From positions 26,846 to 90,845 of the forward strand of contig JACPGP010000014.1 of NCBI GenBank assembly GCA_016182425.1: DNA of 64,000 nucleotides, in the 5' to 3' direction. Positions 50,236 through 59,228 of this stretch are shown here, one piece after another. A model generated the notes under the pieces. The model saw only the letters and a program-made list of their open reading frames with translations, was not told where the DNA came from and did no database searches. Within the stretch, counting starts at the first letter, position 1. Every line of letters begins with the position of its first letter. The translations under genes were made by a program, and so were the position numbers. The DNA is from Candidatus Levyibacteriota bacterium (GTDB lineage: Bacteria > Patescibacteriota > Microgenomatia > Levybacterales > UBA12049).

Positions 50236-50868
50236 TTATTGCTTGTGAACCACTAAAAGCATACCTTTTTTTAGAAAAATTTCTGCCTTGTTTTCTATGA
50301 GCATATTGCTGATGCCGCGGGTGGTACCAAAGGAAAGCGTTGCGTTTGATAATTTATACGCAAGATTTTTGGTTGTGAGGCCATGAGAGTTAATAATTGG
50401 AATAATTGATACTGTGTCACCTTTTTTGCCAGTTAGTTCAATTTTCTTATGTACAATATACATATTTTGATTGCCTTCGATAATTCGTATATTGGTTTTG
50501 GAAAATTGCTTTTGAGAGAGCATAAGGATTGTTGCGAGCATGTGGTCAATGCGCGTTCCAAGCATACCAGTAATAACAATATCGCTGCAGCCATGTTTTA
50601 CTGCGTATAAAAGTGCTAGTTCTGCATCGGTATTATCTTTTTTTGTTGGAAAGGAGATAAACTTTACATGTTTTTTCTCAAGTGTTTTTTTTAGTTGGGC
50701 AGAAATGGAATCCATATCACCAAGAATAACGTGCGGAGTAATGCCCAAATTAATTGCGTGTTTTACACCGCCATCACAGCCGATGACAAGGGTTTGATCA
50801 TCAATAACATTTTTGATACGTGATACGTCTGTTCGATCGCCATTAAGAAAAATAATTGCTTTTTTCAT
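50236..50868 (-). CDS. thiN: Thiamine pyrophosphokinase
   Basis: GCDGG, GDMDS, KDNTDAELAL, GTRIDH, LAYKL..GISN; ATG 50868 overlaps the upstream TGA. Confidence 0.93.
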   Translation of the reverse strand: MKKAIIFLNGDRTDVSRIKNVIDDQTLVIGCDGGVKHAINLGITPHVILGDMDSISAQLKKTLEKKHVKFISFPTKKDNTDAELALLYAVKHGCSDIVITGMLGTRIDHMLATILMLSQKQFSKTNIRIIEGNQNMYIVHKKIELTGKKGDTVSIIPIINSHGLTTKNLAYKLSNATLSFGTTRGISNMLIENKAEIFLKKGMLLVVHKQ

Positions 50869-51566
50869 GATTCGATCCATGTTTTGACTAGTGCTGCAAT
50901 GTTTTTCCATCGTTTACCAAGTAAAGCGCCGACATGGCTTACCCCGCTAAACTGAAAATAATCAGCGTTATAATGCAATGCAATTTTTCTGCTTACCTCG
51001 GGTTTAATATCAACGTCATTTGCTCCAGCAATTACCAAAACTTTTGTTTGAATTTTTTTCCTGTCTATTGGCAAGCCGCTTCGCAGCTCTTTTATAACTT
51101 TTCCCGATTCATCTCGCCACTTCTTATGCGCAAGGAGTATTGTTTTTTTATCTGCCTCTGGCATACAGGCGATCGTATCTTGGAGGGTGGACTCGGTGCT
51201 CCATCTTATGACATCTGGCACATACTTGTATTTTTTAGTGGGCCAAGGGGGAACGCTGTTTACCAGTACAATTCCAGCTACAGGCGCAATTTCCCCAATT
51301 TTTTGCGCCAGAAATCCACCCATGCTTGCCCCAATAATATATGGTTTTTGAGATAGTTTGTCGACTAAATTTTGTAATTGTTCGACGTAATCAAAAATAC
51401 CAACATCGGCTAATTGTTTGTTGTTAACTGTCAATGTTGGATTGTAAACAGAGTATCCAAAAAAAACAAAATATTTTTTCCAGTATGCCCATTCCCATCC
51501 GCCGCCACCGGCTCCGTGTATAAAAATAATTGGCGGTTTTTTAAGAGTATTTATTTTCTGTGCCAT
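50865..51566 (-). CDS. Alpha/beta hydrolase
   Basis: FIHGAGGG, GASMGG, AGANDV, SH. Confidence 0.88.
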   Translation of the reverse strand: MAQKINTLKKPPIIFIHGAGGGGWEWAYWKKYFVFFGYSVYNPTLTVNNKQLADVGIFDYVEQLQNLVDKLSQKPYIIGASMGGFLAQKIGEIAPVAGIVLVNSVPPWPTKKYKYVPDVIRWSTESTLQDTIACMPEADKKTILLAHKKWRDESGKVIKELRSGLPIDRKKIQTKVLVIAGANDVDIKPEVSRKIALHYNADYFQFSGVSHVGALLGKRWKNIAALVKTWIES

Positions 51567-52306
51567 GGTAAAAGCAGTTTTTCGACAATACTGACAATGG
51601 CAAAAAGCAGAAGGCTTAAAAAAGTTGTCACAAAAATGGTGGCAAAAACCAGAGAAATGGCATAGGCATTGGCAGCAGTCTGAATAAAAACACCCAAACC
51701 CTTTTCAGCGCCAACATATTCTCCAACCATTGCTCCGGTAATACTGTACGTTACGGCAATTTTAAGACCTGAAAAAAATGCAGGAAGTGCGGAGGGAAAT
51801 TTAAGCAATCGCATGGTATCTATGTAAGACGCTCTCATACTCCTAAAAAGCTTCAGAAGCTCTGGATCAATGCGGGAAAATCCATCAGACATGGCAATGG
51901 CGATTGGGAAATAGCAAAAAAGCGTTACTACAACCACTTTTGACCAAATGTCAAATCCAAGCCAGATAAGAAGCAGTGGCGCTAGGGCGATAATGGGGAT
52001 GGTTTGTGAGGTTACCAAAAGTGGGTACAGTGTACGTCGGATAAAAATGGATGTATCGAGTAACACTGCGGTGCCAATGCCAATAACAATTGCCACAACA
52101 ATGCCAATAATAGTTTCTAGTATTGTTTGCTGTATGTGAGGAAGAAAAATTTGCCAGTTTCGTAAAAACGCCTGCAGGATATTAGAAGGGGAAGGAAGAA
52201 TTTGATTACTGACATGTGTCGCAGAAACAAATAATTCCCATAGTAAAAGTAGGGCGATAAAAAGGACAAAGGCAGGACCAATGGTACTAATAGTTTTTAG
52301 ATTCAT
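51551..52306 (-). CDS. ABC permease (SsuC/ThiX-like)
   Basis: LPSP, QTIPIIALAPLL, PSALPAFFSGLKIA, GEY. Confidence 0.92.
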   Translation of the reverse strand: MNLKTISTIGPAFVLFIALLLLWELFVSATHVSNQILPSPSNILQAFLRNWQIFLPHIQQTILETIIGIVVAIVIGIGTAVLLDTSIFIRRTLYPLLVTSQTIPIIALAPLLLIWLGFDIWSKVVVVTLFCYFPIAIAMSDGFSRIDPELLKLFRSMRASYIDTMRLLKFPSALPAFFSGLKIAVTYSITGAMVGEYVGAEKGLGVFIQTAANAYAISLVFATIFVTTFLSLLLFAIVSIVEKLLLPWHRK

Positions 52307-52307
52307 A

Positions 52308-53036
52308 TCATTGTATGCTCAGTAGTAAGCGTTCTAAAGATTCTTCAATGGCAATTACTTTTTTATCTTTTAGAAACTCGCGTTTTCGCGGTCTGGATAG
52401 ATCAATATTTACTTCTTTTATAATAGTCGCAGGGCTACTACTTAACACATAGATTCTGTCAGAAAGAAGAATTGCTTCCCAAATATCATGCGTGACAAAT
52501 AACACACTCGATTTATATGTTTGCCATAAGTTAAGAAGCCACATTTGCATGGAAAGGCGAGTTAGCGCATCAAGCGCCCCAAATGGTTCATCCATAAGGA
52601 GAAATTGATTATTAAACAGGACAGTTCGTAAAAGTGCCACCCGTTGCGCCATGCCACCCGATAGTGTATGGGGGTAATAGTTGGCATACTCAGACAGCTT
52701 GAATTTTTTAAGCATATCATATGCAAGTTGGCGTGCCTTTTTTTCTGAAACTTGTCGCAAAGTGAGCCCTAGCATGACGTTTTCCAGCGTTGTTTTCCAG
52801 GGCAAGAGTAAGGGTTTTTGCAGCATGTAGCCTGGGATTTTATCAATGTGTACTGTTCCTGCAGTTTCTTTTTCTAAACCCGCAATAATATTAAGTATTG
52901 TTGTTTTTCCGCAACCACTTGGTCCGATAATGCTGACAAATTCTCCTTGATTAATATATAGGGACAGAGAAGAAAAAACTGCCTTTTTGTCAAACGTTTT
53001 TGACAGGTTTTGGATAACAAGTTTTGGGTGGCCCAT
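52308..53036 (-). CDS. ABC ATPase (SsuB/ThiZ-like)
   Basis: GPSGCGKTT, LSGGMAQR, DEPFGALD, VTHD. Confidence 0.94.
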   Translation of the reverse strand: MGHPKLVIQNLSKTFDKKAVFSSLSLYINQGEFVSIIGPSGCGKTTILNIIAGLEKETAGTVHIDKIPGYMLQKPLLLPWKTTLENVMLGLTLRQVSEKKARQLAYDMLKKFKLSEYANYYPHTLSGGMAQRVALLRTVLFNNQFLLMDEPFGALDALTRLSMQMWLLNLWQTYKSSVLFVTHDIWEAILLSDRIYVLSSSPATIIKEVNIDLSRPRKREFLKDKKVIAIEESLERLLLSIQ

Positions 53037-53047
53037 GAGGTATTACA

Positions 53048-54085
53048 TTATTGAATAAATTGGTTTGTATACAAACTTTTGTAATCAAGCGTTGTCACTG
53101 CCGAACCTGATGCATCTTTAATTTGACCGGTAGACAGAATGAATTTTGGAAAATCGGTCCATGCTTTTTCGTCTTGCACACCCCAGGGTTTGCCAGGGTC
53201 GCTGTAACGAGGACTTAAGTATTTTTGACTGTCAATGACAAACGCGGGGTCGTCAAATGTGCCCTTTTGCACGCTGTCAATAAGAATTTTGGCCGATTCT
53301 TCGGGGTTTTTTATAGCAAAGTTATATCCTTTGGCAGTCGCTTTGATGAACCTTCTTAAAACTTCAGACTTTTCTTTTATCTGTGTAGGCCCAGAGATAA
53401 AGACCGGTGTGTAGTAGTCGGGAATGCCGTATTGCACAAGAGAGAGTGAGACAAGTTTTACTCCCTGCCGCTTTGCTTGCACACCGGTCCAGCCGTCAAA
53501 AATCCAGGCGAAATCAATTTTTTTGGTTTCCAGCGCTTTAATACCGTCTATATCCAAAAGTACTGTTTTAAAATCCCCTTTTCCGCCGTTTTTCTTAATC
53601 ATCTCCGAAATGACCGCGTTTTCAAACGGAGCGCCAAATCCGCCATATATTTTTCCATCTAAATCTTTGGGAGTTTTTATACCATAATTTTCAAGTGCCA
53701 CAAGAGAAGATGTATTGTGAGCAATAATTGCCGCAATCGAAACAACTTTATTTCCTGCTGCAACTGAAGATACAACGCCTTCTGTGTAGGAAATACCAAT
53801 ATCTGCTTTTTTTGTGGACACCAGTACTTCTGGAGAGACATTTCCGGAATATGGCAAAATTTTTACTTCAATTCCTTCGTTTTTGTAGTACCCTTTTTTT
53901 TGCGCCACATAGATACCTGTATGATTGGTGTTTGGCGTATAGTCTGGGGCAAGTGTTACCGTTGTTAGCTTTGGTGCTTCTGCTTCTGGTTTTGCAGGTT
54001 TTTTATTTTGTAACAAAAATAATCCTACCAAGCCAAGAAGAACAATAAGTGTTGCAAAAATGTATTTTATAGGTAGTTTTTTCAT
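53048..54085 (-). CDS. NMT1/THI5 (ThiY-like) substrate-binding protein
   Basis: DYTPNTNHTGIYVA..KGYY, PKDLDGK, PDYYTP; TPP riboswitch directly upstream. Confidence 0.9.
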   Translation of the reverse strand: MKKLPIKYIFATLIVLLGLVGLFLLQNKKPAKPEAEAPKLTTVTLAPDYTPNTNHTGIYVAQKKGYYKNEGIEVKILPYSGNVSPEVLVSTKKADIGISYTEGVVSSVAAGNKVVSIAAIIAHNTSSLVALENYGIKTPKDLDGKIYGGFGAPFENAVISEMIKKNGGKGDFKTVLLDIDGIKALETKKIDFAWIFDGWTGVQAKRQGVKLVSLSLVQYGIPDYYTPVFISGPTQIKEKSEVLRRFIKATAKGYNFAIKNPEESAKILIDSVQKGTFDDPAFVIDSQKYLSPRYSDPGKPWGVQDEKAWTDFPKFILSTGQIKDASGSAVTTLDYKSLYTNQFIQ

Positions 54086-54189
54086 TTCCTACGCCGGTAT
54101 TACCCGAACAGGTTCAATGGGTCGTCGCCTTTTAGCGAACCTCTCAGCCTTCCCGATTAAGTCGGGATTCAAGCTCCCCACAAGGAGTT
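54086..54189 (-). ncRNA. TPP riboswitch
   Basis: Minus strand reads GGGGAGC..GGCTGAGAGG..GACCCATTGAACCTGTTCGGGTAATACCGGCGTAGGAA, matching the TPP aptamer consensus; precedes thiamine genes. Confidence 0.93.
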
Positions 54190-54224
54190 TATCATAAACT
54201 GATAGAAACGCAAGGACCTATAGT

Positions 54225-54253
54225 TTGATTTTCTTTTCAAAAAATGATATACT
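54225..54253 (+). promoter_or_regulatory. Promoter of the orphan three-gene unit
   Basis: TTGATT-17nt-TATACT with extended -10 TG, 10 nt before ATG 54264. Confidence 0.6.
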
Positions 54254-54263
54254 TTTTCCTATT

Positions 54264-54698
54264 ATGCAAAATCCCGAACGAGAACGTTATTATGCAGAAA
54301 TAGATCAGAGAATGGGTAATATGGTGAGAAATGTTGCTTCTCGATATAAGCTTCCTGATGCTGTTTTAGTTTTAACTCGATTTCAAGAAGAGGTATGGAT
54401 TCAGGGTATGCGCGTTGCGTATCTGGATGAGAGGACAATAATGACACAGTCACTTGGATTTCGTCTTAATGCAGGAGAGCATTTGGAAATGTTGTCATTT
54501 GTAGACATGTTTTCTAATTTTTCGTTAGTCTGTGATCAGGAGTTTGTCCATGCACTAAGAGGGGATGTCATTACCTTTTTGGATGATTTGGGAAGTGGGC
54601 ATTATAGATTAAAGAGATTACAAAAAGAGGCGTTGGATGTATATGTTCCAAGTGCGCGTTCAGCTTCTTGGTCTGATGTAGAGTTACCGGGGCCTTAA
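54264..54698 (+). CDS. Hypothetical protein
   Basis: ORF with promoter and tight spacing; no recognised family. Confidence 0.65.
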   Translation: MQNPERERYYAEIDQRMGNMVRNVASRYKLPDAVLVLTRFQEEVWIQGMRVAYLDERTIMTQSLGFRLNAGEHLEMLSFVDMFSNFSLVCDQEFVHALRGDVITFLDDLGSGHYRLKRLQKEALDVYVPSARSASWSDVELPGP

Positions 54699-54702
54699 TT
54701 TT

Positions 54703-55437
54703 ATGGGAGAACATGAAGATCACTTAAGACAACCTGGAATACTTACCTTTCGAGATGTATTTCTAGATAGGGCAGGTGCGCAACCTATACCTAGAGGTTA
54801 TACTACACAAATTCAATTAGCTGGTTTACTGATTGGGTTTCACATACCCGAAAATCTGTGGGAGGGCATCGCTTCATACGAGGATCAACTAACATGGGAT
54901 GCTCGGGGGATAATTTACCTGTTACAACCTACTGCATCGCCTGTTCAAAGAACGTTTGGAGAGCTGTTTCTTCGTAAAGGTAAAGAGGTATATAATAAAT
55001 TGGCAGATCAAGCCGAAAAAGCAAGGTACGAACGTGTTACGAGCCGAATTCGTTTTGTTATTAATGGAGATTGGGAATGTTATGATGTGCAAGCTTGGTG
55101 GATGTTTGCACCATATCTTTTTGAGGCATTACGAACACATACGAAATTACAGGGAAAAGCCATTTTTGATGAGGATGATGCGATTGCTAGAATAATTTTA
55201 TGGGCAGAGGATGGTGAGTATAGAAGAGAAGAGAGGGGTGCTAGACGAGTCCATCTGAAAGGAGTAGAGTTTTTTAATGCATTTATGGATAATCCCTCCA
55301 ATCCTATGGATATGTACAGATTAAGCACAAACCCAATAGGTAACACACACGTTTTTACCCGTCAACAGGCAACACATGTTGCCCAAGAGTATTTACTAAA
55401 AGATAAGCGGTTTGATCCAGAAAGGGCGTTTACATAA
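54703..55437 (+). CDS. Hypothetical protein
   Basis: 244-aa ORF with operon spacing. Confidence 0.7.
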   Translation: MGEHEDHLRQPGILTFRDVFLDRAGAQPIPRGYTTQIQLAGLLIGFHIPENLWEGIASYEDQLTWDARGIIYLLQPTASPVQRTFGELFLRKGKEVYNKLADQAEKARYERVTSRIRFVINGDWECYDVQAWWMFAPYLFEALRTHTKLQGKAIFDEDDAIARIILWAEDGEYRREERGARRVHLKGVEFFNAFMDNPSNPMDMYRLSTNPIGNTHVFTRQQATHVAQEYLLKDKRFDPERAFT

Positions 55438-55449
55438 TCCAAAGTTTTT

Positions 55450-56091
55450 ATGGCAAATTACGAAGTTGAGGGTGTGGCTCGAAAACTTCGATACGAGGCC
55501 ACCATGCATTTGCGGGGAAATGAAAATATTCGAAGGGCGCTTCGTTTTTTTTCGGTGCGAGAAGAAGGATTTGCCATGCGGGTTGGTGAATTTGAGAATG
55601 TCTGCCAGCGTCTTGGTTCTTTGATTGAGGGGGAGGATATCATCGATCCGATGATTTATAAAAATGTGTCAAAATTAAAAAGTATGGTTGGCAGCAGAGA
55701 AGCACCTAAGACGCTTATTGAAAGTATTGAAAAATGTGAAGGTTTACGCGAAGCAGGTGAATACGGAGAAACAGATAGAATAGCAAATGCACTTTCGCTA
55801 ACAAATCAAAAAATATCTTCCGGAGAGTGGCCTTTTGTCCAACAAATCACAGATGATCCTAACAAGCTTGCTTCAGCAGTGCTTATTGAGGGTTTTGGAA
55901 TATACACAGAAAAACTGATGAATGAACCAGAACAGAGCGGTATGGAAAGGACAGTAGTTTTGGCCTTGGAGGAAGTTTTGCTTGAAAACTACCCCAACTC
56001 TGCTCTTTTGCAAGATGTTGTAGGATTTATGAAAGAAGAAAAGGCCGATTTTGGCGAAGGCACTCAAGCTAGACTCGAAAGTTGGTCTTAA
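55450..56091 (+). CDS. Hypothetical acidic protein
   Basis: 213-aa ORF with operon spacing. Confidence 0.7.
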   Translation: MANYEVEGVARKLRYEATMHLRGNENIRRALRFFSVREEGFAMRVGEFENVCQRLGSLIEGEDIIDPMIYKNVSKLKSMVGSREAPKTLIESIEKCEGLREAGEYGETDRIANALSLTNQKISSGEWPFVQQITDDPNKLASAVLIEGFGIYTEKLMNEPEQSGMERTVVLALEEVLLENYPNSALLQDVVGFMKEEKADFGEGTQARLESWS

Positions 56092-56150
56092 TATATCTAA
56101 CACTGCAAAAGCAGTGATAGCACCAACGAAGATGGTTAATAACAAATCTT

Positions 56151-59100
56151 TCATTGTAAACCTTTTTTTTCTATTTGTATTTCTGCTGTGTTAATTTCTT
56201 GAGTTTTGATAATTGGTTCTTTTTGGTAAGTCGGTTCAACAGTTTTACTTCCCAGAACATCTTTTATAAATCCTGTTGCCTGCCCTTCTTCGGAAAAACC
56301 AATTGGAGTGGCTGCGATTTCGTTTGAGTAATCTCCTGGCGTGCAGCCGTTGCCGGCGCGAACCTTAAAATAGTACGTTTGCCCGCCAGACAAATTCTCC
56401 ACCACAAAGCTTGTCGTGCCTTTGCCACCAATATTGGGATTTCCATACTGTAATTTTCCTGCTTTCGTGCTGTAAGCAATAAGGTAGTATGAAACCGGAT
56501 TTTCTGCTTCTTTCCAACTTAACGCTACAGTATTGATTCCGGCAAAAGCAAAAAGCAGAATTGGCGCGCTTTTTGGTTTTTCATCATTGCAGCTTGTTGA
56601 TTCAGAGGAGGAAGAACTGCTGCTGGACGAACTGCTCGATGATGAGGATGAAGAGCTCGAACTTGAAGGCGTTAGTGTCGGTGTTGGCGTTGGGGTGGGG
56701 TCGGCTGGCAAGGTAATGCTTTGTTCGTCTGTTACCTGTTCGGGTGAGCCTCGGGAAATAAGGCGGTAGTAATATGTTTTTCCAGGCAGTAAATCGGTGA
56801 TTGTTACAGAATGATTTTTTGTTTTCGTTGGTTTTTCGTCTGTTGTATCATTATAACCATATTTACTTCCAGAGCCTTTGACTTTTTTTGACTGCGTGCC
56901 AAAGACAACGCGGCTATACGATGGCCGGTTGGTTGTCCAGGTTACTGTAAAGGAAGTGGTATAACTTTGCGCAACAGTAATTGATGTATCGTCAATTTTT
57001 GGCGCAATTTCATAATCTTCTGTTATTACCTCGCTTTTATTTCCGGCCTCATCTTGGGCGATTGCTTTAAGTGTTACACTGCTGCCGTCAATTGTGATTG
57101 GCTTGGTGTAGGTAAGTTTAGCACTCGATGTTGCAGGGTTCGACCCATCAAGGGTGTAAAAAATTGTCGGTGTACCTGGCTCATCAAGGCTCACGAGTGT
57201 TACTTTTTGTGGAGTTAGATATTTATCGCCTGGAATATCGGCAATTGGTTTGGTGGGAGGAGCTCCGTCTGTTGGCATTGCTATTTGTTGGTGATTATAG
57301 GTATCGGATGTAATATCTTTTATACTGTTATTTTTGAGCGTCACAGGTGGTGTTGTTCCTGTATCGTTGGTGCTTTTTTCAGCAAGAGTTATTTGTACAA
57401 TTCCTGGGTCTTTCTCTTTGGCTTTTGTTATTATATATCCCTCAACAGTAAAATCCGTGCCGGTTGAGTTCACTGTCGAACCGTTTACATCTCTGGCAAA
57501 TGTTACTTCGATCGTATCAATTTTGCCGTTATTATTTGTATCAAGTGTCTTAGTGCTTTTAATTTGGGGAGGAGTGGTATCGATGGGAGCAGGAGGTGTG
57601 GATAAGGGATTTTGTTTATACTCAAAAGAAAAGGTAGCTGACTCGTCGCTTCGTGTATAGCCGGAAAGCGGTGCAATAGCAACAGCTCCATCTTGTTTGT
57701 ACCGATAAAGTTTTAAGGAGAAGTCTTTTGCTGTTGCGCTTGTTGTGGCAACAGAGAGTTTATAAGTATCATCTGCCGGTTTTGGAATCATTAAGATTTT
57801 TGTATCACCTGATGTTTTGCCGCTGACCGGATCTTTGATGCCTTGTTCGATGTAGTAGCTTGTGTCCGGGATGTTTTGCCCGGAGTTGTTGGTAATAGAT
57901 ACGTCTACATCTGGGTCGGCAGTAATTAGAAGATAGGAAAGATTAGTGTTTGATGGAATGAGTCTTCTAAGAGAAAGAAATTTATTGTCATAGGAGTCAA
58001 GCGCTACTCTGTCGTCGTAATACGGATCGTTAATATAGAATGTTGTATTTGCTATTCCTCTTGCGACAATAAAATGACCAGGCACCTCTAAAATATCTGG
58101 TTGTGAAGCATCAAGATCGGTTGTTAATTGTGCGCTGTCACTTCCTGCTCTTTTGTACTCTAGGGCATCGAATGTGGTAATGTTATTTATTGTTTTGGCT
58201 AGTTTTGAAAGTCTGCTTATTGCCAGCCAGTTTACCAAACCTTTTCCGATGTAGCCGTCATCTTGATTGTTGAGCCAAATATTGAGTGTTCCAGGATCAA
58301 GCGTTGTGTCATCGGGAAGTTTTTTGATGCCGTGGTATTGCAAAACCATGGCTGCCGATGTGATAGCACATCCCCATCTATTAATGGTCGCTGGCTCCGG
58401 CGCAGACCAAGTGCTGGCAGTATCATATTCCTGCGATTGCCAAGGTTCATCTGTTTGCATAATCAACGGCACATCAAGCGAAGAATCAATATTGGTAACA
58501 ACAATATTGTCAAACCAGACTTCAGAATCTGGGTCAGCTCCAACGCTAGCCTGAAGCCCAATTGAGCCCCCATTAAAGTATGGGGCGAAATCCTGCAGCT
58601 CCCAAATTAGAACATCGTTAATAAATAATTTAATTATGTTGTTATAAAAATCAATTTTAAAATGATAATTTTGATTATCTTGGAAAGGATAAGATTTATT
58701 TTCTACTCTGTAGTAACTTCCTACAACTTTCTGAAAATATATAGTTGATCCGTAAGTCATAAAGTCATACCAATTTGAGGAATCTAAATACTTAAATAAG
58801 ATATTTCTATTGGCTAAAGCGGTATTCTTATATTCCATGTCAAAACTATAAGAATATCCAGTAAACCCAGAAAGATTAAAATTATTTGGTATTATCTCAG
58901 TTGTACAGCTAGGGCCATTTATTTTAATTCCTGCTTTTCCATTTTCTACATTCCAGGACGTAGGAATATTTCCGTATAAACAAGGTTGAGAGGTATTTGT
59001 ATATTGCGAATTTCTTTTCACGGTCCAATTATTTAAATTTCCTGCCTCGAAGTTTTCCTGATATGTCTTATGAGAAGCGGATATTTTAGTAGGTAGAATT

Positions 59101-59165
59101 AGGCTAATTAAACCTAGTAAAAGAATATATAGAAAAAGAAACCTGATGGCAATCAGTTTCTTCAC
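56151..59165 (-). CDS. Large exported protein: beta-sandwich, C39-like peptidase, CHB_HEX_C/FN3-like domains and poly-Ser linker
   Basis: Signal peptide; PLIMQTD..WGCAITSAAMVL..GHFIV..INDP; IFYTLDGSNP; LLPGKTYYYR; LSGGQTYYFKVRA. Confidence 0.8.
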   Translation of the reverse strand: MKKLIAIRFLFLYILLLGLISLILPTKISASHKTYQENFEAGNLNNWTVKRNSQYTNTSQPCLYGNIPTSWNVENGKAGIKINGPSCTTEIIPNNFNLSGFTGYSYSFDMEYKNTALANRNILFKYLDSSNWYDFMTYGSTIYFQKVVGSYYRVENKSYPFQDNQNYHFKIDFYNNIIKLFINDVLIWELQDFAPYFNGGSIGLQASVGADPDSEVWFDNIVVTNIDSSLDVPLIMQTDEPWQSQEYDTASTWSAPEPATINRWGCAITSAAMVLQYHGIKKLPDDTTLDPGTLNIWLNNQDDGYIGKGLVNWLAISRLSKLAKTINNITTFDALEYKRAGSDSAQLTTDLDASQPDILEVPGHFIVARGIANTTFYINDPYYDDRVALDSYDNKFLSLRRLIPSNTNLSYLLITADPDVDVSITNNSGQNIPDTSYYIEQGIKDPVSGKTSGDTKILMIPKPADDTYKLSVATTSATAKDFSLKLYRYKQDGAVAIAPLSGYTRSDESATFSFEYKQNPLSTPPAPIDTTPPQIKSTKTLDTNNNGKIDTIEVTFARDVNGSTVNSTGTDFTVEGYIITKAKEKDPGIVQITLAEKSTNDTGTTPPVTLKNNSIKDITSDTYNHQQIAMPTDGAPPTKPIADIPGDKYLTPQKVTLVSLDEPGTPTIFYTLDGSNPATSSAKLTYTKPITIDGSSVTLKAIAQDEAGNKSEVITEDYEIAPKIDDTSITVAQSYTTSFTVTWTTNRPSYSRVVFGTQSKKVKGSGSKYGYNDTTDEKPTKTKNHSVTITDLLPGKTYYYRLISRGSPEQVTDEQSITLPADPTPTPTPTLTPSSSSSSSSSSSSSSSSSSSSSESTSCNDEKPKSAPILLFAFAGINTVALSWKEAENPVSYYLIAYSTKAGKLQYGNPNIGGKGTTSFVVENLSGGQTYYFKVRAGNGCTPGDYSNEIAATPIGFSEEGQATGFIKDVLGSKTVEPTYQKEPIIKTQEINTAEIQIEKKGLQ

Positions 59166-59193
59166 TTAAATAGCATGATTGATAATTATTAGT

Positions 59194-59222
59194 TTGTCAA
59201 TATCATTTGATAATGCTAGAAT
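59194..59222 (+). promoter_or_regulatory. Promoter of the second glycan locus (leaderless-type)
   Basis: TTGTCA-17nt-TAGAAT, 6 nt before GTG 59229. Confidence 0.65.
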
Positions 59223-59228
59223 GAGTTT

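Noticed and set aside
49928..50248. 106-aa ORF across the tRNA locus
   Set aside because: Overlaps lepB, both tRNAs and thiN; chance ORF
56600..56700. Poly-Ser and PT repeat as a DNA microsatellite
   Set aside because: Encoded by mixed codons; ordinary protein linker
50229..59165. Genomic island integrated at the tRNA-Val locus
   Set aside because: No integrase and no duplicated tRNA 3' end seen in the window
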